Below are positions 8,012 to 16,737 of a DNA stretch of 36,411 nt, in pieces. This DNA is from Planctomycetota bacterium. Lineage in GTDB: Bacteria > Planctomycetota > UBA11346. The notes beneath the pieces were generated by a model. That model saw only the letters and a program-made list of their open reading frames with translations. It made no database searches and was not told where the DNA came from. The translations under genes were made by a program, and so were the position numbers. Every line of letters starts with the position of its first letter. Within the stretch, counting starts at the first letter, position 1. The stretch lies in NCBI GenBank assembly GCA_038231435.1, contig JBBRLJ010000049.1:1-36411 (forward strand), read 5' to 3'.

Positions 8012-8196
8012 GCGCGGCGGCCTGATCGCCAGGCAGCATCGCCGCTAGAAGAGGAGGTCGCGAGGCGGCCACCGCGCATGAGCGAGCCTCGCTCCTGGCT
8101 CACTCCTTCCTCGGCACAGCCGATCGCTACACCGATGTCGATGCCGACGAATGCCGCGCCACGCTGTCTCGGCCGAGGTGAGCAGCCGGACTCCGC

Positions 8197-10071
8197 GTGT
8201 CGTTGTCAGTCGACACCACCATGAGCGGCGATGGCATGCACGGCGAGGGCGGGGGCGCCATGCGCCGCGCGATGGCGGCAGCGAACGATCCCGCCCGGAC
8301 CAGCGACGCGCCGCGCGGCGATCTGGCGCTCTTCTGGTCGATGCTGCGCCCGCACCGCTGGCGCCTGGCGGGTGCCGTCGGCCTGAATGCTCTGCACGGC
8401 TGGGCGATCACCTTCCAGCTGCTGCTGGTGAAGTATCTCATCGACGCCCTGACCCTGCCGGGGCTGAGCGGCGGTGAGCGCCGGACGCGCATCGCCTGGC
8501 TGATCGGTGGCTATCTCGCCGCGTCGCTCGTCGGCCGCATGCTGGTCTGGCACCTCGGCTTCCGCCTCATGCGCAAGGTCACCGACCTGGTGGTGCGCGA
8601 AACCCGTTCGCGCTTCTTCCGCCACGTCAACCACCTGTGCCTACGCTTCCATGTCCGGCATTCGAGCGGCGAGCTGTTCAGCTACCTCTTCGGCAGCACC
8701 ATCAACGAGGTCATCCAGTTCGCCAACCAATCGGCCAATGGCGTGCCCGGGGCCATCGTCACCCTGGTGAGTACCTTGATTTGGGTCGCCAACTGGGATT
8801 GGCCCGTGGCGGTCGTGCTGTTCCTGGCGGTCGGCGTGAGCGTCACCCTGATGCAGCGTTCGCGCCGCCAGGTGCGCGCGCTGACCATGGAGTACCAGCG
8901 CTTCGAATCGATGGTCACCGGCAAGGTCAGCGACCTGCTGCGCGGCAGCCGCGCGGTCAAGTTGCATGGCATCGAGTCGGAGGTCGCGGATCATTTCGAC
9001 GCGCACAGCGAGGAGATCGGCGGCATGGGTTACCTGCTGGCCATCCGCCGCCATCTGCAACAGATGCAGCAGGAGACCGTCACCTATCTCGCCTTCTCGG
9101 CGCTCTGCGCGACCGCGGCATGGCGCTTCATGGATGGCCACCTCGGCGCCGGCGCGGTCGCCGCCTGCCTCACCGCCTTTGTCGGCCTGCAGGGTCCACT
9201 GCAGTCGCTCTTCCAGGCCGCCACGCAGTGGGGCAGCGCGCAGGCCAGCCTCGAGCGCATCGCCGGCATGCTGTCGACCAGCAGCAGCACTCCGGATCCC
9301 GCACCGGCCATCGCGATCCCACCGCGCACTGGCGAGATCCGCTTCGATCACGCCTCCTTCGCCTACGACCCGGCCGCCGGACCGGTGCTGCACGACATTG
9401 ACCTGCGCATCCCGGTCGGCCAGCGCGTCGCGCTGGTCGGGCCGTCTGGTGCCGGCAAGAGCACCCTCTCGCTCCTCTTGCTGCGTCTCTACGACCCGCA
9501 GCAGGGAACGATCAGCATCGACGGTGTCGACCTGCGCGCGTGCAATGGCAGCGAGGTGCGCCGCCTCTACGGCGTGGTCCCGCAAGATCCCTTCTTCTTC
9601 CGCGCCACCATCCGCGAGAACCTGGTGCTGCTCAGGCGCGACGCCAGCGATGCCGACATCGAAGCCGCCTGCCGGCGCGCGCGCGCCTGGGAGTTCATCA
9701 GCAAAACCCCACAAGGCCTGGACACTTCGGTGGGCGAAGGCGGCTGGACCCTCTCGGGCGGACAGCGTCAGCGCCTGGCGATCGCCCGCGTGCTGCTGTC
9801 CGATCCGGGCCTGCTGATCTTCGACGAGGCGACCAGCGCGCTCGACAGCCTGAGCGAGCGCCTCATCCAGGAAACCATCGAACGCGAACTCGGCGGCCGC
9901 ACCGCGATCTTCATCGCCCACCGCCTCTCGACCGTGCGCAACTGCGATCGCATCATCGTCATCGAGCACGGCCGCGTGGTGCAGGATGGTCCGTACCAGC
10001 GCCTGGCCGGCGAGCCGGGTCTGTTCCGCGATCTCGTGCAGGGGCAGCAACTGCTGAGTACCGAGGGCTGA
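8197..10071 (+). CDS. Fused ABC transporter permease/ATP-binding protein (MsbA/MdlB-type exporter)
   Basis: About six hydrophobic segments, then Walker A GPSGAGKS, Q-loop VPQD, signature LSGGQRQR, Walker B LIFDEATSALD and AHRLST. Start uncertain (8197, 8221 or 8260). Confidence 0.93.
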   Translation: MSLSVDTTMSGDGMHGEGGGAMRRAMAAANDPARTSDAPRGDLALFWSMLRPHRWRLAGAVGLNALHGWAITFQLLLVKYLIDALTLPGLSGGERRTRIAWLIGGYLAASLVGRMLVWHLGFRLMRKVTDLVVRETRSRFFRHVNHLCLRFHVRHSSGELFSYLFGSTINEVIQFANQSANGVPGAIVTLVSTLIWVANWDWPVAVVLFLAVGVSVTLMQRSRRQVRALTMEYQRFESMVTGKVSDLLRGSRAVKLHGIESEVADHFDAHSEEIGGMGYLLAIRRHLQQMQQETVTYLAFSALCATAAWRFMDGHLGAGAVAACLTAFVGLQGPLQSLFQAATQWGSAQASLERIAGMLSTSSSTPDPAPAIAIPPRTGEIRFDHASFAYDPAAGPVLHDIDLRIPVGQRVALVGPSGAGKSTLSLLLLRLYDPQQGTISIDGVDLRACNGSEVRRLYGVVPQDPFFFRATIRENLVLLRRDASDADIEAACRRARAWEFISKTPQGLDTSVGEGGWTLSGGQRQRLAIARVLLSDPGLLIFDEATSALDSLSERLIQETIERELGGRTAIFIAHRLSTVRNCDRIIVIEHGRVVQDGPYQRLAGEPGLFRDLVQGQQLLSTEG

Positions 10072-10100
10072 GCGCTGCGTCGCAGGGGCTCGAGGATCCC

Positions 10101-10172
10101 ATGTGTCGATGTGTCGATGTGTCGATGTGTCGATGTGTCGATGTGTCGAAGCAGCGAAACAGCGAAACAGCG
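10101..10172. repeat. Octamer tandem repeats forming an imperfect inverted repeat
   Basis: (ATGTGTCG)x6 at 10101-10148, then AAGCAGCG AAACAGCG AAACAGCG at 10149-10172. The reverse complement of CGAAACAG (CTGTTTCG) matches ATGTGTCG at 6/8. Confidence 0.9.
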
Positions 10173-10222
10173 CGCGGATACTCGCTCGCGTTGGAGCCGA
10201 CAGTTATAATGATCCCGCCACC

Positions 10223-10939
10223 ATGCGCCTGATGATCATCCGCCACGCCGATCCCGACTACGCCAACGACACCATCACCGCCACCGGAAAGCTCGAGGCC
10301 CGCGCGCTCGCCGAGCACCTGCGCACGGGAGCGAGCATGGCAGGACCGACGCGGATCTTCAGCTCGCCGATGGGGCGGGCGCGCGCTACCGCAGCCGCGG
10401 TGGCGGATGCGCTCGGACTGCCGGTGGCGATCGAGGAGTGGACGCGCGAGCTGCACGCGCTCCAGGTGCGCGAGACCGCCGGCCGCTCCTTCGCGTTCTG
10501 GGATGCCGATGGCGCGACGCTGCTCGGCGAAGACGCGTACGCCGATCACCAAGCCCCCGCCTGGCCTGCTCCGCTCGACGAGCCCGGCATCCGCGCCCAG
10601 GTCACGGAGGTGGGGACATCCTCGGACGCGTTCCTCGCACGACTCGGCTACGAGCGCAGCGGCCACCGCTACCGCGTGCATGCGCGCAGCGACGACCGTG
10701 TCGCCGTCTTCTGCCATTTCGCCTTCGGCGTCACCTGGCTCGCGCACCTCCTGCGCATCCCCGCCCGATCCATGTGGGCGGGCTTCTGGCTCGCACCCTC
10801 GTCGGTCACCACGGTGCTCTTCGAGGAGCGCCAGGACGGATGGGCGGTGCCGCGCTGCATCGGCCTGGGCGAATGCGCGCATCTGCGCGCCGCCGGCCTA
10901 GGAGCGAACCACGCGGGGCTCAAGGCGAACCATCACTGA
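10223..10939 (+). CDS. Histidine phosphatase (phosphoglycerate mutase-like) family protein
   Basis: MRLMIIRHAD (RHx catalytic His), IFSSPMGRARATA, WTRE, VAVFCH. TATAAT at 10205-10210. The longer ORF start 10103 only reads through the tandem repeat. Confidence 0.92.
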   Translation: MRLMIIRHADPDYANDTITATGKLEARALAEHLRTGASMAGPTRIFSSPMGRARATAAAVADALGLPVAIEEWTRELHALQVRETAGRSFAFWDADGATLLGEDAYADHQAPAWPAPLDEPGIRAQVTEVGTSSDAFLARLGYERSGHRYRVHARSDDRVAVFCHFAFGVTWLAHLLRIPARSMWAGFWLAPSSVTTVLFEERQDGWAVPRCIGLGECAHLRAAGLGANHAGLKANHH

Positions 10940-10943
10940 CCAG

Positions 10944-10973
10944 CCGATGCCGTCCGATGCCGTCCGATGCCGT
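10944..10973. repeat. Short tandem repeat (CCGATGCCGT)x3
   Basis: Three exact 10-bp copies just after the stop codon, between convergent genes. Confidence 0.8.
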
Positions 10974-11132
10974 GAGCCCGGAGGCGATCAGGCGATCAGG
11001 TATCGTGCCAGCGCCCGCGCGCGCGGAAACAGGGCGTCGTACGACGCGCGAGGGTTCGCGAGGCTGATGCCCTCGGCCCGCGGTCGCCGCCACGGCGCAT
11101 AGGAGCCCACGCTGGACAGCAGCGCAGGTCTC

Positions 11133-12806
11133 TCACTCCGTCTGCCGCTCGCCCATGATCGAGCGGCCGAATCGCGCCGCGGCGAGCACGTCCTGGCGGG
11201 CGCGGCCTTCCATGGCGTAGGCGATCGGCGCGGTCACGAGCGTCTGCCATTCGGCGAGCTCGCGCTGTTCGGCGATCGCCGCCACCAGCGTCGAGAGCTG
11301 GTCGGCGTCGAGGTCCTCGCGCACCATCGGCTCGAGCCAGCCCGCGAGCGCGGCAGGATCCGTCGAGGTACGCTCGGGGGCGCACGCGGACACCGCCTGG
11401 CGGCGCGCCTCGGGCAGATCGTTGGCCTTGAAGGCCTCGCCGTAGGCCTGCCACGAGCCCGCGGCAGTGGCCTTGTCGTGCCAAGCCCCTCCGGGATGCA
11501 GCCAGCGCGCAGTGAAGGCCTGCCAAGCCAGGGCGAAGAGCACGCGCACGCGGTGCGGGCCGGGTGTCGCCATGGCCTGGCGCGCGGCTCGGCACAGGCG
11601 CACGCCCGCGGTGGCGGATCGCCACATGCCGCCGTTGTTCGGGCGCAGGCGATCGAAGCGCCGCGCCGCGCACGCCGAGAACGCATCGAGCAACGAGCGC
11701 GGCGTCACGCCGCGCTCGAGCAGAGCCAGGATGCGATCGAACACCGACTCGACATTGGCGACGGTGAACACCACCGCCAGTTCCTCTGCCGGAACGGTGC
11801 TCGTCGACGACGCGTCCGCGCGCTGCGCCAGCTCGCGCAACCGTGGCTCGCGCGCCGTCAACCACTCCACCGCTTGCCGCTCCTCGGCCTCGGGCTCGCC
11901 GCGCGCGGCGCCCAGCACCCAGGCCAGCAGCGCGGGACGATGGCGAGCATACTCGCTCCCGAGCCAATCGCAGGCGTCGAGCGCGTCGATCAGCGCGATG
12001 AACGATTCGCGCTCGGGCAGGAATCGCGGCGCGGTGGCGATGTCCAAGAGCAGGGCGCGCAGCGCCCCCTCCTGCCCGGCGGGCCAGCCGAGCAGCAGCC
12101 GCTCGATCGCCAGCGGCGATGGATCCGCGACGTAGCGCTCGAGCATCCCAGCCTGGCGCTGCGGATCGAGATCGGCAGGCAACGGCGAGACCAGCGGTCG
12201 CTCGCCCGCCGGGCCGCCGGCGGTGCGGATTCCTTGCAAGAGGATGCCGATGCGGTCGCGGCCCTGGAAGCGCTCGGCCAGTCGCGCGGCGTTCACGATC
12301 GAGCGCAGCTCGACCACCGCCTGCTGCGAGCGGTGCGCGCCGACGCTGTGCACGAAGCCGTGCTCGGCGGCGATGCGCGCCACCTCGCGGCTCTCGGCGC
12401 CGTCCTCGAGCAGGGCGGCGATGGCCTTGGCCTCTTGATAGATGTCGCCGTCGAGCAGCGCGTCACGAAGCGCGCGCGCCAGGCGCGTGCGATCGTGCCT
12501 GGGCTCGGGCATCGACACTTCGATGTGGCCGTCAGCCGCGATGCGCAGCGGATAGACCGGCAGATCGTCGCAGGCGCCACGGTAGCAGCCGCCGGTGCCG
12601 AGATCGAACTCCCACTGGTGCCACGCGCAGGCCACCACGCCGTCGCGGATGATGCCCTTGTCCATCGGGTAGCCCATGTGCGGGCAGCGGCTGCCGGTGG
12701 CGTGGACGCGATCGCCGTCGCGGAAGATGGTGACGGCGCCGAAGCTCTTGGCTCCGCCGGCGGGCACGGCATCGAGGGCGGCGAGGCGGGTCCAGGAGGT
12801 ATTCAT
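11133..12806 (-). CDS. Rieske [2Fe-2S] ferredoxin-domain protein with long alpha-helical C-terminal region
   Basis: RCPHMGYPM...VACAWHQWEFDLGTG (CxH-x16-CxxH) and DLPVYP in the first ~100 aa. The remaining ~450 aa are Ala/Leu/Arg-rich with no motif I recognise. Start placed at MNTSW. Confidence 0.85.
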   Translation of the reverse strand: MNTSWTRLAALDAVPAGGAKSFGAVTIFRDGDRVHATGSRCPHMGYPMDKGIIRDGVVACAWHQWEFDLGTGGCYRGACDDLPVYPLRIAADGHIEVSMPEPRHDRTRLARALRDALLDGDIYQEAKAIAALLEDGAESREVARIAAEHGFVHSVGAHRSQQAVVELRSIVNAARLAERFQGRDRIGILLQGIRTAGGPAGERPLVSPLPADLDPQRQAGMLERYVADPSPLAIERLLLGWPAGQEGALRALLLDIATAPRFLPERESFIALIDALDACDWLGSEYARHRPALLAWVLGAARGEPEAEERQAVEWLTAREPRLRELAQRADASSTSTVPAEELAVVFTVANVESVFDRILALLERGVTPRSLLDAFSACAARRFDRLRPNNGGMWRSATAGVRLCRAARQAMATPGPHRVRVLFALAWQAFTARWLHPGGAWHDKATAAGSWQAYGEAFKANDLPEARRQAVSACAPERTSTDPAALAGWLEPMVREDLDADQLSTLVAAIAEQRELAEWQTLVTAPIAYAMEGRARQDVLAAARFGRSIMGERQTE

Positions 12807-12852
12807 GGTGTCGACAGTCGCGAGTCGCCACGCCATTTCCACCGCCCGCCAG

Positions 12853-12867
12853 CTATCGCTACGATAG
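12853..12867. promoter_or_regulatory. Palindrome upstream of the Rieske gene, candidate operator
   Basis: CTATCG-cta-CGATAG, a perfect 6-3-6 inverted repeat about 47 nt upstream of ATG 12806. Confidence 0.35.
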
Positions 12868-12914
12868 GTCTCGCGGTGCACCGCGCCAAAACCTCCATCG
12901 GGACCTCCACCGGG

Positions 12915-14483
12915 TCAGGGCGCGAACGCCACCGCATCGACGAGGATGCTGTACGGCGTGGCGGCGGGAGAGGTGGTGGACAAGCGCAGTTCGTACACGC
13001 TGTGCTGATCGAACGGCGGCTTGGCTACCTGCAGATCCGCGAGCGGGATGCTCAGCCGGTGCCATTGACCATCGAGCAGCTCCTTGCCGTACGCGGATAT
13101 GTCGACCGCGGCCGACGAGATCTTGTTCGGTCCACAGTTGAGGCAGACGCGCACCGTCGTCGGCCGCTTGGCAGCGTCGGCGCCATCCGTGCACTTGATG
13201 GCGAGGCTGAGCGTCTTGTAGGCGCTGACATCGGTCAGCGTGGTCTGCGCCCAATTGAACCAGTTCCAGCCGCCCTCTGCGGCGGCGGCGTTCTCGACAT
13301 GGAATTCGAGGCAGGCGGTTCCATCGAAGTGATCGCTGGTCGTGGGCTTGAGGAAGGCGCCGGCTCCGCCGCCCATCCAGCCACCGCCGCCGGCGTAGCC
13401 CTCGCCGTTCCACACCTTCAAGGCGGAGGCGTGAGCGGCGAAGGCCTGGTCGCCCGGCGGCAGATCCCAGCGCAGCACCGAGTTCTGGCCCTTGGCCTCG
13501 CGCCAGGTGATGAACGCGCGGCGCGGTTCGTCGTACGCGAGTCCCTTCACCGGGAACGGCGTGGCCTCGCCGATCGCCGCCCACGACGTGCCCGCATTGG
13601 AGGACACCAGCAGCTGGTTGTGGCCTTCGCCGAGCGCGACGAGGCGTTTGCCGGGGATCTCGATCACCGCGCCGCGCGCCGGACCGCCGAGCTGGCTCCA
13701 GGTCGCGCCGCGATCGCGGCTGACGACGACGGTTCCCGCCCACAGCGCCGGCCAGTAGATCGAGCCGTCGCTCGAGACCAGCTGGTGCCCGCAGGCGCCG
13801 GCCTCGGAGACCTTCTTCCAGGTCGCGCCGGCGTCCTCGCTGCGGTAGATGCCCCACGACTCGTCCTTCTTGTAGCCGGCGCAATTGATCAGCCAGGTCT
13901 TGGCATCGAGGATGATCGGCTCGCAAGTGAAGTTGGTGCCCGCTGGCAAGCGGTCGCCGATCAGCGTCCAGGTGGCGCCGCCGTCCTTGGACAGGGTCAG
14001 GCTGCGTTCGGACTCGTGCTTGGTGATCAGGATGGTGGCGCGATGCGGATCGCTGAAGTCGACGTCGATGCCCTCGGTGTGGGTCTCGGGACCGAGCTTG
14101 GTCATGGTGGCGCCGCCCGCCGCGGTCTTCCACACGCCGAAGCCGTACATGCCGCTGGTCCAGAAGGCGCCACGGTCCTTGGGATCGAAGACCATGTGAT
14201 CGGCCAGGCCCTGTTCCGCGCGCGCGCCTGGCGCGCCGAGCTGCCGCCAGCTGGCGCCGCCGTCGTCGCTCGCCCACAGGCCGTGATCGCGCATCGACGC
14301 CACCAGCGTGTCCGCTCCTGGGACGGCACCGATGTGCCAGAGCGGGCCATCGACGGCGGCGAGGTTGCCGGAGGCGTCCTTCCACGGCGATGCCTCGGGT
14401 TCATCGACGGCGACGAGACGTGCCGCGCTCGCGAGCATGCAGGCCGAGATCAGGATGAGAGGGGCGGCGGTGCTGGAGATCAT
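12915..14483 (-). CDS. Secreted BNR/Asp-box beta-propeller protein with C-terminal carbohydrate-binding-like domain
   Basis: Signal peptide. Asp-boxes SDDGGASW, KTAAGGATM, SKDGGATW, SEDAGATW, SRDRGATW, SSNAGTSW. The C-terminal ~170 aa (GGWNWFNW, DVSAYKTLSLAIK, DGQWHRLSIPLADL) resemble a galactose-binding-like CBM. Confidence 0.8.
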   Translation of the reverse strand: MISSTAAPLILISACMLASAARLVAVDEPEASPWKDASGNLAAVDGPLWHIGAVPGADTLVASMRDHGLWASDDGGASWRQLGAPGARAEQGLADHMVFDPKDRGAFWTSGMYGFGVWKTAAGGATMTKLGPETHTEGIDVDFSDPHRATILITKHESERSLTLSKDGGATWTLIGDRLPAGTNFTCEPIILDAKTWLINCAGYKKDESWGIYRSEDAGATWKKVSEAGACGHQLVSSDGSIYWPALWAGTVVVSRDRGATWSQLGGPARGAVIEIPGKRLVALGEGHNQLLVSSNAGTSWAAIGEATPFPVKGLAYDEPRRAFITWREAKGQNSVLRWDLPPGDQAFAAHASALKVWNGEGYAGGGGWMGGGAGAFLKPTTSDHFDGTACLEFHVENAAAAEGGWNWFNWAQTTLTDVSAYKTLSLAIKCTDGADAAKRPTTVRVCLNCGPNKISSAAVDISAYGKELLDGQWHRLSIPLADLQVAKPPFDQHSVYELRLSTTSPAATPYSILVDAVAFAP

Positions 14484-14622
14484 GCGCCCAGTGTGGGATT
14501 CTCCACAGAGGTGGGCAAGCCTCGCATTGCTTTCCCCAAAGCGTGCGGATCGGACACCTCGTATGCTACGGATGATCCGGTGTGTGAATCCAGCCCGGTG
14601 CGGGCCGCGATCACATGCGAGG

Positions 14623-14916
14623 TCACGTCGTCGGTGACGGTGACGGTGACGCTGCGCAGGCGCTGACGCAATCCGGATCGTTGCGCTGGAGCTCGCGGCA
14701 TCCGTAGGGCCGGTGCTCGTAGATGGTGCACAGCTTGGTCTTCTGATCGAGCGCCACGCAGGTCTGGTCCGCGGTCCGCCGCATCCACAAGGACCCGTCG
14801 ATCAGCTCGACCATCGCCGCCGGCACCAGATCCCCGAGCGCGACATGCACGTCGAGATGCGGCCCGGTACGCACGCAGCACCGCCCACACCCATGGCAAC
14901 TCGCGGGCACCGGCAT
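14623..14916 (-). CDS. YkgJ/UPF0153 family cysteine-cluster (Zn/Fe-chelating) protein
   Basis: CHGCGRCC ... CVALD...LCTIYEHRPYGCR. TAGGGT lies 6 nt upstream of ATG 14916. Confidence 0.88.
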   Translation of the reverse strand: MPVPASCHGCGRCCVRTGPHLDVHVALGDLVPAAMVELIDGSLWMRRTADQTCVALDQKTKLCTIYEHRPYGCRELQRNDPDCVSACAASPSPSPTT

Positions 14917-14995
14917 CCCCACACCCTACCCGCTCTCCCACCCGCCACCACCCCGCTCGCCTCCCCCGCTCCCGCTCTGTGCCGACCGCAGTCCT

Positions 14996-15107
14996 CTCTC
15001 TGCTTTCTGCTTTCCGCTTTCCGCTTTGTGCTTCCGTCTTCCGTCTTCCCCCTTCTGCCTCCCCTCTTCCCGCTCCCCTCTTCCCGCTCCCCTCTTCCCG
15101 CTCCCCT
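14996..15107 (+). repeat. Polypyrimidine heptamer tandem array (16 in-phase CTY-based 7-mers)
   Basis: CTCTCTG CTTTCTG CTTTCCG CTTTCCG CTTTGTG CTTCCGT CTTCCGT CTTCCCC CTTCTGC then (CTCCCCT CTTCCCG)x3 CTCCCCT, between divergent genes. Confidence 0.85.
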
Positions 15108-15128
15108 CCCCCGCCTACCATCCCGCCC

Positions 15129-15911
15129 ATGACCCGCATCCGCCTCATCACCCGCGCCGACGACCTGGGGAGTTTCTCCGGGGTCGCACCCGCGGTCGTC
15201 GACGCCTACCGCCGCGGCATCACCCGCAACGCCTCGGTGATGGTGCCGTCGCCGTACTTCGAGCAGGCGGCGGCGGCGCTGCGGCGCGCTCCCGACCTGT
15301 GCGTCGGCGTGCACCTGACCGTGTGCTGCGAGTGGGCCGACCAGCGCTGGCGGCCTGCCTCGACGCGTGACCGCGTGTCGTCGCTGGTCGATGCCGACGG
15401 CTATCTCAAACGCGATCCCGGGCGCATCCACAACGATGGCATCCGGCTCGGCGAGGTGCTCGCCGAATGCCAGGAACAGCTCGACCGCGCGCGCGCGCAC
15501 GGCTTGGATGTGCGCTATGTCGACTCGCACATGGGTTGGGAATGGATGCACGAACAATCGGGTCCGCCGAAAGCGCAGGATCTGCTGCCGGCATGGGCCG
15601 CGCGCAATGGCGTGCTCTGGTACGGCTCCGTCAAGGCTCGCGGGCTGCCGGCGCTTCCCAAGGGTACCGTCTCACCGAGCTCTCCGCGCGCGGTGCTGCT
15701 CGCCCAGCTCGAGGCCGCGCCCGCCGGCACCTATTTGCACGTCACCCATCCGTGCTGGCCGAGCTCGGGCATCGCCGCGGCGGATCTGGGCGGCGGCGCC
15801 GGACAGGTCGCGCGTGAGCGCTTGGCGGATTACGAACTGATCGGCGATCCCGGCATGCGCGCCGAGCTCGCGCGCCGCGGGGTGCGGACGATCAGGTACG
15901 ACGAGGTGTGA
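15129..15911 (+). CDS. ChbG/HpnK (YdjC) family carbohydrate deacetylase
   Basis: RLITRADDLG, ASVMVP.P, VGVHLT, YVDSHMG, VTHP. TACCAT lies 7 nt before the ATG. Confidence 0.92.
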   Translation: MTRIRLITRADDLGSFSGVAPAVVDAYRRGITRNASVMVPSPYFEQAAAALRRAPDLCVGVHLTVCCEWADQRWRPASTRDRVSSLVDADGYLKRDPGRIHNDGIRLGEVLAECQEQLDRARAHGLDVRYVDSHMGWEWMHEQSGPPKAQDLLPAWAARNGVLWYGSVKARGLPALPKGTVSPSSPRAVLLAQLEAAPAGTYLHVTHPCWPSSGIAAADLGGGAGQVARERLADYELIGDPGMRAELARRGVRTIRYDEV

Positions 15912-15932
15912 TGTCGCGCATCGCCGCGCGCC

Positions 15933-16673
15933 TCAGGGCTTGGCGGAAGCCGGAGCCTTGACGGGGACGGCCGGCTTCGCCGCTGCGTTGCGCGTGACGA
16001 TCTCGGTGACGATCGGCACCAGCAGCGCCCGGTAGTCCTCGCTCGTCACGTCACCTTGCGGCGGCAGATGCACGAAACCGACGATGGGTACCTCGGTGCC
16101 CAGTCCGACGTACAGGCAGTCATTGCACAGGTACGCGCCGGCGTCGTCGCTGCGCAGCACCGGGATCTTCGACCCCGTGAACCAGGCAGCGTCGAAGGTG
16201 AAGCGCGCCGCGCGCGTGACGGGACCATCCTTCAGCAGCTCCACGGACGGCGGCAGCTTCTTCTCTTCATCGGGATATTCCGCCTTGTTCCTGGCGGTAA
16301 ATTCCACGGTGACCTTGCCCGGGTAGCCCTCGCCCAGGCCGAGCACCATGGTCGGGTGCCGCTGGGCCACAGCGTTCGGCACGCTCCGCTCGGGTTCGCC
16401 CCAGCGCACCGGCATCACCAGCGTCGCGATGCGGTGACCGGCGATGATCTGGCCGTCGAGCGCGGTGGCGACGGTCTCGCTGCCGTTGACGCCGCGCCCG
16501 GCGAAGGCCTTGTAGGCGGTGACGAGGATCACCGGCAATGCGGGCGCTTCGCCCGGCTTACCCGGGGCGGCGGTGGGAGGCTTCGTCGCCGCCGGGGATT
16601 CCACCGCGCCGACTGTCGACGACATCGGCATGGACAGGGCCAGGGAGACGAGGGTGAGCGTGAGGAAGCGCAT
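15933..16673 (-). CDS. pcp: Pyroglutamyl-peptidase I (peptidase C15) with N-terminal signal peptide
   Basis: ILVTAYKAFAG..VNGSE, VLGLG, VTVE..ARN (Glu), SDDAGAYLCN (Cys), GFVHLP (His). Signal MRFLTLTLVSLALS followed by a Pro/Ala linker. Confidence 0.9.
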   Translation of the reverse strand: MRFLTLTLVSLALSMPMSSTVGAVESPAATKPPTAAPGKPGEAPALPVILVTAYKAFAGRGVNGSETVATALDGQIIAGHRIATLVMPVRWGEPERSVPNAVAQRHPTMVLGLGEGYPGKVTVEFTARNKAEYPDEEKKLPPSVELLKDGPVTRAARFTFDAAWFTGSKIPVLRSDDAGAYLCNDCLYVGLGTEVPIVGFVHLPPQGDVTSEDYRALLVPIVTEIVTRNAAAKPAVPVKAPASAKP

Positions 16674-16737
16674 GCAGGGACGCTACCATCGGTAGACGGC
16701 GCGACCATCGATGCGGGGATGTGCGGGAATCGGGGAG

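Noticed and set aside
10101..10172. Possible CRISPR array
   Set aside because: Contiguous 8-bp units with no spacers and no cas genes. The 18-bp repeat at 1/124 also fails: only two copies with a structured 105-bp interval.
8197..10939. RiPP or secondary-metabolite cluster around the ABC exporter
   Set aside because: No C39 peptidase domain, precursor peptide or modifying enzymes adjacent.
11478..14666. 1062-aa plus-strand ORF
   Set aside because: Antisense to the Rieske and BNR genes, with low-complexity Arg/Ala/Gly content and no domain signature.
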